Part shown: piece by piece, positions 11,998-25,779 of the stretch
How positions within the stretch are numbered: the stretch's first letter is position 1
How the letters are laid out: each line of letters begins with the position of its first letter
Assembly (NCBI RefSeq): GCF_963921235.1
Contig: NC_086109.1
Location: forward strand, 27,468,001-27,532,000
Reading direction: 5' to 3'
From: Mobula hypostoma
Lineage: Eukaryota
DNA: 64,000 nucleotides
The notes under the pieces: model-generated
What the model saw: the letters and a program-made list of their open reading frames with translations, nothing else
Told to the model about the DNA's origin: nothing
Database searches by the model: none
Program-made: the position numbers and the translations under genes

Positions 11998-12236
11998 CAG
12001 CACACATAAAATATTGAGGAATTCAGAAAGTCAGTACCATCTACGGAGGGGAATAAACAGTTAATATTTCAGTGCAAGACCCTTTATCAGAAAATTCCTT
12101 CGAGTCCCGATGAAGGGTCTTGGCCCAAAACATCGACCGTTTATTCCCCACCACAGATGCTGATGACTTGCTGAGTTCCTCCAGTACTTAGGGTGTGTTG
12201 CTCAAGATTTCCAGCATCTGCAGAATCTTTTGTGCT
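11998..12236. mobile_element. Palindromic Penelope-tail element with two oppositely oriented degenerate hammerhead motifs
   Basis: Left arm (acacataaaatattgaggaattcag...gaccctttatcag) is the approximate reverse complement of the right arm (cgatgaagggtcttggccc...ctgagttcctccag...gtgtgttg). Confidence 0.75.
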
Positions 12237-15200
12237 TATCACCAGAACTCCTCACTCTTCTGTGGTCAGAGTAATGGCATCAATACATTCACTTAAACAA
12301 ACAGGAGATGAGACATCCACCAAACTAACCAGCATTATCAGTGTGATGCCTTGAGTATCTATGGTTCAAACATTACGGAGTTTGCAGATGATGCCAAAAA
12401 GAAATATAAACATGAACAGTTGAGCGCACTTGTAACACTGCTTAATACTATGTGCTGGTTGTTGATGGTGGTAGCAATTTCACAAGATGTCTTTGTTGAA
12501 GACTATCTGCTGACCAATAAAAAGAAAATTCCACTTTTCATGGTTGTAAGCAAAACAGCCCAACCATTTTGTAAATGGAGCTTGCTAAGTTCTTATCATG
12601 TTAACTCATAACTTCCCTCAGGCATTAAATTCTCTGACTGTCAGCAAAAATACATTAAATATTATATGCCAAAGGATGTCGATGATTTGCAGTTTTTCTG
12701 CAGATTCTTGTTTGGATTTTCTTCCCTGATCATTAGTGCTAAATATTCTATCTGTTACATCAGCACATTGTACCCTGCCATCAATATAAATTCCTTTGAA
12801 ATCTGCCTTTCTACAGATCTACATATCTCAAGCCTATAGTTTAATACTTAAACTCATTTAAAATTTCAATAGATTTTGAAAATTCATTAATTAGTATTTA
12901 ACATATACTGAAAGTCCCATGATTTTTACACAGTAATTATGTGATACCAGCAGTGACAATACAATTGGGTTTAATCATGTTCATTCATGCGTTCTTGGTT
13001 AATAATATATATTATTATACCACAACATAAACTTCCTTTTTTGATGAAATTGTGGAGAATAATATCTCATTGTTTATCCCTACCAGCATCAGTACTTATA
13101 TAAATCATCACATGGTTGTTTGCTTGCTGTGTACGAATTGATTCTTCTCCCCAATATATAAAGTGAATATCAAAGAAAGACTTTCAACTACCGTAAACCA
13201 TGTTGAGATATTCCAGGGTTGTGAAAAGAAGCACTGTCAAAGTATAGAAGATCATTTTCTCTGAGTATCTATGTGCATATGCTAACTGTGACTCGATGGC
13301 CACAGGAGTGACAGCAGTTTCACTGCTGAATAGGAATGTAATAGAACAGTACAGAAGGCATTGACTTTAAAAGTAAAGAATGAAAAGGCATTGCAGTTTA
13401 TTCTTGTCAATTTTTTTTATTGCTAAGAACATGTATACTTGCTGTGATTTGACTGAACATGAGAGTATCACAGTGCACCTGCTTCCCAACAGTGCAACAA
13501 TCTCAAAAACTTTCAGTTTGAAATATTCTAGAGACTTGTAAATAAATCTCACCCTTTTTTAACAGTACACGATTTTAAATCTTTTTGAAAGAAATATGCA
13601 GAACTGAGTGGATAACCTGAGTTTCAAAAAAAAAGACAGTTATTCAGCACACACACACAATTCCCTGGTAACAGTGGTGATAACATCAAGGTACTTTATG
13701 TATGTTGGAGATCCATTTAGTAAGCATACCAACCCAAAAATCTTTCTATTTACAACAAATGGATTTAGGCAACCCCTGTAAAAAAAAAAATCAGAGCAAA
13801 GTTTTAGCTTCACTACACATCAGGCAATATTAATCTTGCTTGTTCAAAGAGACTGAGGTGAGTGAATCAAATAATGAGTTCTTGCGTCTCAATGCATTCC
13901 CAATGTAGTCCCATCTGCTGCACAGTGATTAGATTCAGGAAAGTCAGCCAAGCTTTGCAAGGTCAGAATTGTACCGTAGGTCTGTCAGTCTTCAGCTGCT
14001 TCTTCAACGGTCTTCCTTCTGTATCATGGTCAGATGTGCAAATGTTTGTTCAGTTCTCATTACAACTCCTCAGCAAATGAAATGATGAAATAGCTTGTGC
14101 AATGGGGCTGAGATAAAATTTTCAAGTGGGCTGATTAAAGGCAAGTAATATTTACTCAAAAGCAATCACTACTTCCAATAAAAGAGAGTTTAATCTAGTT
14201 TATTATTCAATGCATTACCAGGAACATCCTGGAGCATACTATTGATCAGGGAATCAACTAGATTAGCTGTATTAACTACTAACTCTACAAGACTGTAGTG
14301 AATGATATCCCACAGCTTTAATCATCATCTACAAGATAAAGGTCATGAGTACGATGGAATATTCTCCAAGTGCAGATCCAAGAACATGGACAAAGCCTAT
14401 CACAATTTAGGATATAAGCAAGGCAATTGAGGCTACCTAATGAATCATGAAATCTTAACTGTTGCTCACAGAAAGAAGAATGAATATGAAAAACATAAAT
14501 TATCAAGCTTATTTTTTTTATCCTTGAACTTGTGTAGACTGATGAGGGGCAGCTGTACAGTACAAAAAAACTGTCATCGATTGCCTGTCTTTGCCCTGAG
14601 AATCCTGCAAATTCTTTGCATAATTCTCAAATCAACTACAAGATATCCATCTCTTTCATTCAGCAATCCTCTCTTGTTGACAGCTTGAGGTGGTGAGGAG
14701 CCACCAGCGGGAGTTTTTGTTTTGGTTTTGACACTTTATGGCATTTATTTAGAAGAAACTGTGTTTGCTGGCTGGCAGCCTGGAGATTATGGCAACCCAG
14801 AGCTCCTTGGACAATAAACTGAGAACATGTTATTGAAGATTAATGACTAACTTGGTGCTACTCTTGTAAATGAATAAAACTGAGCCAAATGGAAACTGTA
14901 ACTTGGAAATATAAAAGTCTTTATTTACACTGCAAACCATCAGGAGTGAAAAATCATCTGAGAGAATCCCAGAGAATCTCACTCTCCTGACAAACAATGC
15001 AATTTACTGTGTGATTCAATGTGCAAATGACAAAAAGAAAGCTAATCTTTACATTGAGATTTTGATCCTTTGAATAACTGGCTAAACTGTAGCAAGTGTA
15101 CTTCAACCGGGTTATCTGTGGTCAATGTATTTGGACTTACAACAGACAGAGTAATTTCAAAATGCTGAAAATCTAGAACCATGGATGTTCATAGAAATAT

Positions 15201-15643
15201 GAGCACCTTGGTTCTTAGATCACCAAAATGTTCCAGATGGGTTCAGAGAAAAGTCAATAAGGCTAATGCAGTGCGGGTCTTCATATTAGGAGGGCTTACC
15301 TAATAGGGACCACAGATTTTTTTTCTGACAGCTTGACAGAAAAACACAATATTATCTTTGAAACTAAAAAGCCATATAACTTTTGGGACACTGTGAGCAA
15401 TTTTTGGTATCACTCCTGGGAAAGACTATGCCAGCTTTGGAAGAAGTATAGGGTGGATGTACCAAGATGATGTCCAGCAGCAAATGATTAATTTTGGAGA
15501 ACATTAAAGAAGCTATTTTTCTTACAATTTATTCTGATTTGATTTAAGTTTTAATGGAAATTGTTAGGGCAAATAGAGAGAAACCATTTCTTCTGGCTGG
15601 CTAGTCATAGAAAAGGGGCTTCATCATCATAATAAGCCATGTA

Positions 15644-17226
15644 CAAACCCCATTTCCAGAAAAGTTGGGATATTTTCCAAAATGCAATAAAAACAAAAAT
15701 CTGTGATATGTTAATTCACATGAACCTTTATTTAACTGACAAAAGTACAAAGAAAAGATTTTCAAAGGTTTTACTGACCAACTTAATTGTATTTTGTCAA
15801 CATACACAAATTTAGAATTTGATGGCTGCAACACACTCAACAAAAGTTGGGACAGAGGCATGTTTACCATTGTGTTACATCACCTTTCCTTTTAATAACA
15901 CTTTTTAATCATTTTGGAACTGAGGATACTAATTGCAGTAGATTTGCAATTGGAAATTTTGTCCATTCTTGCTTGATATAAGACTTCAGCTGCTCAACAG
16001 TCCGTGGTCTCCGTTGTCTGATTCTCCTCTTCATGATGCACCATACATTTTCAATAGGAGCTAGATCTGGACTGGCAGCAGGCCAGTCAAGCACAGGCAC
16101 TCTGTGTCTACAAAGCCACGCTGTTGTAGCCCGTGCAGAATGTGGTCTGGCATTTTCCTGCTGAAATAAGCATGGACGTCCCGGGAAGAGACGTCACCTT
16201 GATGGCAACATATGTCTCTCTAAAATCCTAATATACACCTCAGAGTCAATGGTACCTTCACATACATGCAACTCACCCATGCCGTGGGCACTGATGCACT
16301 CCCATACCATCACAGATGCTGGCTTTTGCACCTTTCGCTAATAACAATCTGGATGGTGTTTTCATCTTTAGCACGGAGAACTCGACGTCCATTTTTTCCG
16401 AAAACTAGCTGAAATGTGGACTCATCTGACTCCAGCACACGGTTCCACAGTCTTTCGGTCCATTTGAGATGAGCTCGGGCCCAGAGAACTCACCGGCGTT
16501 TCTGCATAGAGTTGATGTATGGCTTCCTCCTTGCATAATACAGTTTCAAGTTGCATTTCTGGATGCAGCGACGGACTGTGTTGAGTGACAATGGTTTTCC
16601 GAAGTACTCCCGAGCCCAGGTGGCTATAATTGTCACAGTAGCATGATGGTTTCTTAGGCAGTGCCGCGCATTCAACAGTGGTTTCCGACCTTGCCCTTTA
16701 CACACTGAGGTGTTTCTGAATTCTCTGAATCTTTTCACAATATTATGTACTGTAGATGTTGAAAGACCTAAATTCTCTGCAATCTTGTGTTGAGAAATGT
16801 TCCTTTTGAACTGACTAACAATTCTCTCACGAATTTTGGCACGAAGGGGTGAGCCACGACCCATCCTTGCTTGCAAAGACTGAGCCCTTGATGGATGCTA
16901 CTTTTATACCCAGTCATGATACCTCACCTGCTACCAATTAGTCTGCTTAATGTGGAATCTTCCAAACCGGTGTTACTTGAATATTCTGTGCACTTTTCAA
17001 TCTTATTTTAACTCTGTCCCAACTTTAGTTGAGTGTGTTGCAGCCATCAAATTCTAAATTTGTGTATATTTACAAAATACAATTAAGTTGGTCAGTAAGA
17101 CTATTGAAAATCTTTTCTTTGTACTTTTGTCAGTTAAATAAAGGTTCATGTGTATTTAACATATCACAGATTTTTGTTTTTATTGCATTTTGGAAAATAT
17201 CCCAACTTTTCTGGAAATGGGGTTTG
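15644..17226 (-). mobile_element. Full-length Tc1-family DNA transposon (about 210-bp IR/DR TIRs, TA TSD)
   Basis: TA|CAAACCCCATTTCCAGAAAAGTTGGGA...TCCCAACTTTTCTGGAAATGGGGTTTG|TA. Inner DR AAAAGTTGGGA at about 15842. Inserted in a decayed CR1. Confidence 0.95.
15864..16864 (-). pseudogene. Tc1 DD34E transposase pseudogene
   Basis: MGRGSP..HTH..GRKP, SDESTF, FQQENARPH (catalytic D changed to E)-x34-E in WPAASPDLAPIENVW, ending KGDVTQW*. Contains in-frame stops. Confidence 0.9.
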
Positions 17227-19429
17227 TACATATGGTACATAGTCCAAAACCTACAGCTCGGTACTGCAGGAATGAAGTTAAGGAATAATATGTACATGCA
17301 AAGAATGGTAAGAATGTGGAACTTTCTTCTGAAAGCAGTAACTGACATTCAGTAGATAAGCAAAGATACAATGTGACAAGGAGACAAAGCAAGAATGTGG
17401 AATTAGGTCACAAAGCAGACATAATTTCACCAGATAGCAGATCAGGATTGAGAAGAAAATTGGTCTTCCCCTGATTTGTTGTTTCCCTAAAGAACTGTGG
17501 GGGAGGGGGGGTAGAAAACAACCGGTGTGATGTAATTTTTACCATTGCTTTTTATTCAGTAAATGTGTTGTGCAGAATATTACATTGATGAAAGAAGTGA
17601 TAAGTTATATGGGTTTTTTACTTTCAAAGATATTATTGTGTTTTCTTTGTTGGGGTGATGTGTGGTTCGGTTAGGTTTTTACCGAAAGTCAGAATATGTG
17701 TGACATCCATGCAATCCCACTCGTGGGTCAGCCATGAATGGTCAACGTTTCAAACTAAATATATCCACACAAGTTCATAATAGAACTGACAATTTGAAGT
17801 GCCACAAGAACACTTGTAGACAAAAATAAATTCCGTCAAGCTGTCACAAAAGAGGCAGGGTCAGTAAATTTCCAGTTGGTTCATCATGTAAAGAAACAGA
17901 AGGGCAGCTGCCTCACAAAACAGCAGGCAGTAATTTAAACTACAGTAAAGTACCGATTACCCCACCAGGTCTCTAATCATTGAGAATCACACTGAATACT
18001 GCTTACATTATGGCTGAATGGCAGGCCAAAAAGATACTAATTCAGCTGAAAGCTATTCAGGATCACAAATAAGCAATAGAAAATGTATATAGGCACTGCA
18101 AAGGAACCATTTGTTATACAAAATGATTAAGTAATATGATTTTTTATGTACAACTATTACAAGTTTAAGTAAAGTTGCGTGCACTTGTTATCCCCCATTA
18201 GTATAGAGAGACCACTTTACAACTTAAGTTGGTGGAGAACAGCAGAAAACACATTACGGCCCTCACCAATAGTTAGCTCACACTTTTACTGTTCCGAGCA
18301 TCCATTTATAAATTTTAGATTTATTTAATTCCTTGCAGTTCAATATCCAGCTGTCATGATGGTTTCAAAACTCATGCTTTCAGATCAATCTATTCTGCTG
18401 CAATACTATAATAACAGGATCTGGAAAATCTCCTGGAAATAGTGGATGTTATTAGATCCAGAATGGATGAGGAACTGAGAAATTAGTATTGGTAGAAACT
18501 CAATATTGGAGACATTAATTTCAGTGAAAGATAAGATACTGTACTGTATCTCCAAGACTACTAATCCGCATCCCAAGGACTTGAGAGAAGTTGCTACGGA
18601 GTTACTCAGTAACTATTTTCCAAAATTCCATTACTCTGACAGATAGAAAACAAGCAGGAGAGAGTAAATGAGAAACTAGGAGCCATTTGGTCAGACATTG
18701 ACAGCTTGCAGTGTGCTAGAATCTATTTCATATTTTCTTATGACAGAATACGACGATTTGGTTTATCCAGTCAATACCATTTCTTTGAGTCTTCTTATCA
18801 GTCCGAGACCTCATTCTATTGTTTTCTTCGCTCAAACACCAACCAACTCTCTGTGATTATCTATCCATCATCTACACTAGGGGTAATTTACAAGTGCCCA
18901 TTAGCCTCTCAGGATGTCTTTGTTATTTGGGAGAAACTGTAGCAACAGAGAAAAGGAGCATTCTCCACATGGGTTGGGGGATCAAGCACAGGTCACCAAA
19001 GTTGTACAGTAGTACTTCCAGCTGCTGACCCAGTGTGCTATGTATTAAGGAAGTGGCAGCAGAATACCTAGAAAATTACTGCCCAAAATAATAGAATTAG
19101 GCAGTGAATATTATGTTTCACAAAAATGGTAAAATTATATGAAGTTGGAACTATGCGGGGAACTAGCTAATGTGGTGCATTTGGAATTTTAAGTCTTCTC
19201 AAAGTACCACAAAAGAGATTATTAAACAAAATTAAAGCACACGTGTTTGGGAATAATACATCGATGTCAGTGTCATTTGATTTACGGACAAAAACAGAGT
19301 TAGAATAAATGGGTTAATTTCAGGTGGGGAGGCTGTTCCTAAGAGGATACTACTGGGGTCAGTACTAGAGCCCCAGCTGTTTATTCAATATCAGTGATTT
19401 GAATGAGGGGTGGATCAATCATAATCCAA

Positions 19430-19857
19430 CACAGAGCCAGAATGACCTTGGTCCAAGAGCATGGAACGACCCGATGTTTGGCTGATTTAAGTGCTGGGCC
19501 AGATTGAAAAGCTCAGGGTGTCGGGGCCAAAGGACAAGGACGGGCCAGTGTTCATCTCACCGGTCCATGAGGTTTACTTGTCTCTGCAGTGAGCTAAGGC
19601 TGTAGCCTGCAACTAAAGGGCTCCTGGATTGGGTGCAGTGATGACTGGCTTCATGGCTGTGGATTCACCTTTGTGAACTTTTGTTCTGAACGTTATTTGC
19701 TTACTTTGATTGTTTGCACTAATTTTTCTTCTGCACATTTGGTGCTCGACAGCCTTTTTTAATGGGTCTATTGGGTTTCTTTGTTTTGTGGCTGCCCATA
19801 AGGAGACAAATCTCAAGATTGTACATAGTGTACATACTTTGATAATAAATGAACTTC
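19430..19857 (+). mobile_element. Non-coding retroposon fragment with L2/Rex-type 3' tail
   Basis: Ends in aaatctcaagattgtac...actttgataataaatgaactt, shared with other copies in the window. Confidence 0.55.
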
Positions 19858-19861
19858 AAAC

Positions 19862-21562
19862 AAAGAAATGGTGGATGAACTGAATAAGTATTTTGTGTCA
19901 GTCTTCACTGTGGAACACTTGCAGTATGCCAGAACTTTGAGAGTCTTGCAGGTAGAAGTGAGGGTAGTTGCTGTTACAAAGAAAAACATTGTTGGGAAGC
20001 TGAATGGTCTGAAGGAAGATAAGTCTCACGGACCAGATGGGCTACACCCCAGGGTTCTGCAAGAGGTAGCTGAAGAGATTGTGGAGGCATTAGTAATGGT
20101 TTTTCAAGAGTCAATAGACTGAGGAATGGCTCTGGAGGACTGGAAAAGTGCAAATGACGCTCCAATCTTTGAGAAGGGAGGGAGGCAGAAGAAAGGAAAT
20201 TATAGGACAGTAAGCCTAACTTCAGTGGTTGGGAAGATGTTGGAGTCTGTTATTAAGGATGAGATTTCAGGGTACTTGGAGGCACATGATAAAATAGGCC
20301 AAAGTCAGCGTAGCTAAAGTGCATGTGGAAAGGATGTTTCCTATTCTGTGTGTCTAGACCTAGAAGGCACAGCCTCAGAATAGAGGGACAGCTCCTTACA
20401 ATAGCGATGAGGAGGATTTTCTTTAGTCAGTGGGTGGTGAAGCTGTGGAACTGATTGCTACAGACAACTGTGGATGACAAGTCATTGGTTATTGTGATGA
20501 AAGAGGGTTACAAAAAGTACACATAGATTAAGATGTTAACTGTCCTGTGCTGGCATCAGTGGGATCAGCAGTTGATCTGCCACCTGTCTTCAGGAGAAAG
20601 AGAGATAAGGAAGACAATGGAGCAGCATTTGGAAATGTTAATGAAGAGACGGGAGGTTTAACGGAAGGAGACACGGTCTGAGAGCTGTCAAGATCGGCTC
20701 CCTTTGAACCCTGAACTGTTTGAAGTGTGATGGACAGGCGATACCCCAGCAGGGGGATAAAAAGGGTCAGGTTCGCTAAGGCGACACACACGACACCACG
20801 AGGTAATGAGACCCTGGAAGCGGTGCGTCTCCCACAAGTCGGTGGGGTTTTGGAGGGTTGGTCGCAGGACCAAGCCATAGATGCACAGGGTGGAAAGGTA
20901 CGTTCGGCAGGAACCTGGTGTGTGTCCGCCCTTGCCTAGGTGCCAGGTTCACTGCAGAGGAACGATCATATCTGAAACGGAGGGGTCACAGTCGGTGACC
21001 TCAGAAGACATTACAAAGGGCTTGCCCGAAAGCTGACTGTGAGGAATATCGAAGGTCTGTTTGGAATCCGATTTGAATATTCATTTGCTCTCTCTCTCTC
21101 TCCCCCACGGCAGTGATTACTGTGAACTGAACTGAACTCAATTGAACTGAACTTTGCGTCACTTTGAAACTGGTCATTTACCCCCAGATGACGATAGAGC
21201 TTGATTGATCCTATTATCCTAGATCTGTGTACATGTGTGTTTATTCATTGCTAACCTGTTGCATTTATATCCTTACTATTAGAGTACTGTGTTGCTTATT
21301 TCTTTAATAAAACTTTCTTAGTTCCAGTAATCCAGACTCCAACTGAGTGATCCATTTCTGCTGGTTTGGCAACCCAGTTACGGGGTACGTAACATTATAT
21401 TTAAAGTGGATATTGATATATTCCTCTTTAGTCGAGGTGTCAAAGGTTACAGGGAAGGTAGGAGAATGGGATTGAGAGGGATAATAAATCAGTCATGATG
21501 GAATGGTGGAGCAGATTTGATGGTTCAGATAGCCTAATTCTGCTCCCGTGTCTCATGGGCTA
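19862..21562 (+). mobile_element. CR1 LINE fragment interrupted by a solo LTR
   Basis: LNKYFVSVFT..KSHGPDGLHPRVL..NYRTVSLTSVVGK. CR1 3' end resumes after 21394. Confidence 0.85.
20493..21394 (+). mobile_element. Solo LTR (902 bp, TG...CA, 4-bp TSD TTAT)
   Basis: ttat|TGTGATG...GTAACA|ttat. AATAAA at 21306-21311. Removing it restores contiguous CR1 sequence. Confidence 0.88.
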
Positions 21563-21870
21563 AAAAAAAACGCTATGAAACTGCAATAAGAGAACCTGTA
21601 CTTGGATCAAATCATGAATGATGTCATATATCAAACGAGGGCCATTCTGAAATAAGGGAAATAAAAGTCTATGCAGATTTTAGTCAGTTTCTAAGACTAG
21701 CACTGTATTTATAATGTTTACTGTTTTGCTTTAGATTTCTAATACCTCCTCTATTTCAGTTTTGGTCTGCCAATTTTAATTCATCTTTTCTGAATGTAAG
21801 TCTGACTGGCTATTAATATCCAAACTCCTTAGTTGTCTATGTATCAACAAAGACATCTGCAATGCATATG

Positions 21871-22798
21871 CAGTGGATTCCAGTTAACTGGAACACATCA
21901 GGACTAGTACATTTTGGTGCAATTAAGTGGCTGGCCCAATTAGTCAATGTTTCATGCAAATAGAAGGCATAAAAAAGAAACTATCATTTAAATAAGTAAC
22001 AAATTACATACTTAAATTAAATGCAGAACAAATTAGAACTACCAATATTACTACAGTACTGTAAAACTGTTTACTAGTTCCTAACAGTTATCTATGGAGG
22101 AATTAATCCAGTGTACGCTACCATGTTCTTTTGACTGAGTGTAAGTGAATAAATTCAGTGCAGACACTTAGTGCATATAATGGACTGCCTATATTGTCTT
22201 CTTTCATGAAATAGTGTCAACATTTTTCTGCTTTTTAATTCATCATTTCTTGGTCCAAATGAATGATAGAACACACGCATATGCTACTGATGCTGTTTGC
22301 TCTAAGCACAGTGAGGTGTCTCATGGCCACACAAACGGTTGCATCCTCCAAATCTTCATTTTCATTGTAACATTTGATATGATTGTTGATGCCTTCAAAT
22401 TTTTTATACTTCCAAATTTGCTGAAGTGGGGATATCATTTCATATTCACTTCCAGCCATTTCTCACACCACTGAGTCTGAATGATTGAAATCACAGTGAG
22501 CAAAATAGTTCTGAATTGTCTTACTGCTAATTTCTCACCAAATATCAGTGACAGAAATTACTGCTTTTTGAACACAAACACATGCAACTGATGCCATTTA
22601 AAAACTGTTCGCTCTAAGCACGGTGTAGTGTCTAACGGCCACACAAGCACATGCAACTGACTAGTTAAAAACTGGTCAGCAAGTTTTCTCCCCAACTGAG
22701 TGGCATAGTGTCCCAAATAGACAAAGGAAACCCCAGATATTTTCTCATTTAGTTTTTGTTTTTTTTTAAAGGTTGTCCCAAATAATTGGAATCCACTG
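21871..22798. mobile_element. Non-autonomous pogo/Tigger-like DNA transposon
   Basis: TIRs CAGTGGATTCCAGTTAACTGGAACA / TGTCCCAAATAATTGGAATCCACTG. TA on the right, TG on the left. Internal direct repeat at about 22290 and 22600. Confidence 0.75.
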
Positions 22799-23361
22799 TA
22801 TTGTCTTCAAGCACTCTGAGACAGGGAAAATTAGTCATTCAGTAGTTAAACTTTAACTACTGGATTGTTAAAGGGATGACCAAGGCTTCCAATAACCTAT
22901 ATAATGATTTCAGATAATAGTGCTTGTAGTCTTAATTCATGACAACTGATCTGTTTTCTTGATTTTGTCAATTGAGTCCGAAGTGTTCGAATTGCTGGGA
23001 CAATAGAGATGTAATAACAACCTTCCTCTATGCTGCTTTGGTCCTTACAGGCTCTGTGCCAACTACCATTTGAAGTCACATGGAGTCATTGATGTTAGAC
23101 CCTACCTTATCTTTCTTTCTCATTCAATTATGCCTAGCGTGAACGCATTTCTTCTCACACAGACAAACCACTGCAGTTTCTTTCTTTCTGTAAACCCCAT
23201 CACCTTCCAATTTCTTAAATTATTTGCTGCTTCAGGAGTCTAGTGCACAATGTGCCACACACTGTACCTCCTGGTATCTCCAATACGACTGTTCATTCCG
23301 GTTAGTGGCTATTAAGGAGAACAATGAGCAGGATTTTTTTTGTATGTTAAGGACATAAACA

Positions 23362-25779
23362 TTTGTTTATACAATTTAGAAGAAATAAAAGGAAACGAAG
23401 TTCTTAAAACCGAACCCAAAGAAGACCCTTGTAATGAATTACATTCAAGATTTACCCAATGTGGATTTAAAGATACATCCAAATCTCGTAACCAAAATTT
23501 TAAGTATCGAATATTAATTGCCCAATAATACAATCTAAAATTTGGCAGGGCAAGCCCCCCCTCCTTTTTAGATTTCTGTAAATACTTTTTACCTAGCCTA
23601 GGATTTTTGCTCTGCCATATATATGAGGAAATTTTTGAATCAACATTATCGAAAAAAGATTTTGGGATAAAAATTGGAACCCGTTGAAATACATATAGAA
23701 ATTTGGGCAAAATAATCATCTTAATAGCATTAATCCGACCAATCAAAGACAAAGAAATTGGTGACCATTTAGTAAACAAAAGTTTAATCTGATCAATTAA
23801 AGGTAAAAAATCAGCTTTAAATAAGTCTTTATACTTCTTCGTAATTATTATCCCTAAATATATAAATGAGTCAGTAACCAATTTAAAAGGTAAAAATCCA
23901 TAAATAGGTACCTGCTTATTTAGGGGAAATAATTCAATCTTATTAAAATTCAATTTTTAGCCAGAGAAGTTACTAAATTGAGCCAACAAAGCTAGAATAG
24001 CAGGAATTGACTTCTCCGGATTAGAGATATATAATAACAAATCATCTGCATATAGTGATAATTTATATATTTCATTTCCGTGGGTAATACCAAAAATATT
24101 GGGCGAGTCACGGATAGCAATTGCTAAAGGTTCAAGGGCGATATTAAATAGTAAAGGACTAAGAAGGCATCCTTGCCTAGTACCACGAAAAAGACGAAAA
24201 AAGGGAGATCTTTGATTATTAGTACAAACCGAAGCTACCGGGGAATAATATAACAATTTAATCCAAGATATAAATGTCAAACTAAAATTAAATTTCTCAA
24301 GCACGCTAAATAAATAAGGCCATTCAACTCTGTCAAAGGCTTTCTCAGCATCTAATGAGATAATACATTCTGGGGTAATAAGTGAGGGGATATAAACAAT
24401 ATAAATTAACCTCCTAATATTAAAGGATGAATAATGATTTTTAATAAAGATCTTTTGGGTTCAATCAATTTATTTTAGCAAGTCCTATTATATCTAATTT
24501 CCTTTTTCAACCTTCCACTATGGATCAAGCTTACTTTGACTGGAAAACCAAAGGTATAGTACGTTTTCATGATTTAGGTTGGATAATTGTTTCATGTCTT
24601 TTGATCAACTTTCTAATAAATATAACTTACCCAGATCTCACTTTTTTAGATACCTACAGATTAGAAACTTTTTAATTACTGCTTCTCCTAATTTTCCACA
24701 CTCATATCCAATGGATACTTTGGAAAAAATTTTAGATCTACATCTCTCTCAGAAAAGTGTTGTAGCAATTATTTATAACATAATTATGAATTTATGTCCT
24801 GATGTTTCCAATAAAATTAAAGCTGATTGGGAAAGAGAACTTAAGATTACTATACCGATTGAAAAATGAGAAAAAATTCTTCAATTGGTTAATTCATCCT
24901 CTATATCTGCTAAACATGTGTTGATACAGTTTAAAGTAGTGCACAGGGCTCATATGTCCAAAGATAAACTAGCTCGTTATTATTCTTATATTAATCTTAT
25001 ATGTGATAGATGTCATTCCGAGATAGCCTCTTTAACTCACATGTTTTGGTTATGTCCTTTGTTGGAAAAATATTGGAAAGATATTTTTGATATTATTTCA
25101 ACCGTTTTGAATATAGACTTACAACCTCATCCAATTACTGCTATTTTTGGATTACCAATGATAGACTCAAACCATTTAACATCTTCAGCACGCTGGATGA
25201 TTGCATTTCTTACTTTAGTGGCTAGAAGATCCATTTTGCTGAATTGGAAAGAGATTAACCCTCCTACTGTATTTCACTGGTTTTCACAAACTATGTTGTG
25301 TTTGAATTTGGAAAAAATTAGAAGTGTGGTTTATGACCCTTCCATTAACTTTGAAAAAACTTGGAGGCCATTTATTCAGCATTTTCATATGATGTAATTT
25401 GACCATTTCCAAACTTATTTTACTTCTCTGTACTGTTGGTTGAGAGGAATGGAGTCATTGACATTAAGGTTTTCTTCTCTTCCATTTTTACTTTGTTAGA
25501 ATTGCCCAAGTCTTTTTAGTTTAGTTGACTAATTCTGGTTAGTTTTTTTTTGGGGTAGGGTTTGTTTTTTTTTCTATTTTTTTTCTTTTTCATGATTTTT
25601 CTCCAGTTTTTTTTGTCCTGTACTATTCGTTATCCTACACGATTGGGAGTTTTGTCAATTTATACTACTTGGTTTTATAATTACTCATTTTAAGTATAAC
25701 AATGTATTTCCAACAATTTGTATTATTGCTATGTTATGTTTATATTTTATGAAACTATAAAAAGATTGAAAAAGAAAGA
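23362..25779 (+). mobile_element. L1/Tx1-type LINE, 5'-truncated with 5' inversion, 13-bp TSD
   Basis: RT (GTRQGC..LYADD) on the minus strand 23362 to about 24450. C-terminal zinc knuckle, 3' UTR and (AAAG)n tail on the plus strand. TSD AAGGACATAAACA at 23349-23361 and 25780-25792. Confidence 0.92.
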
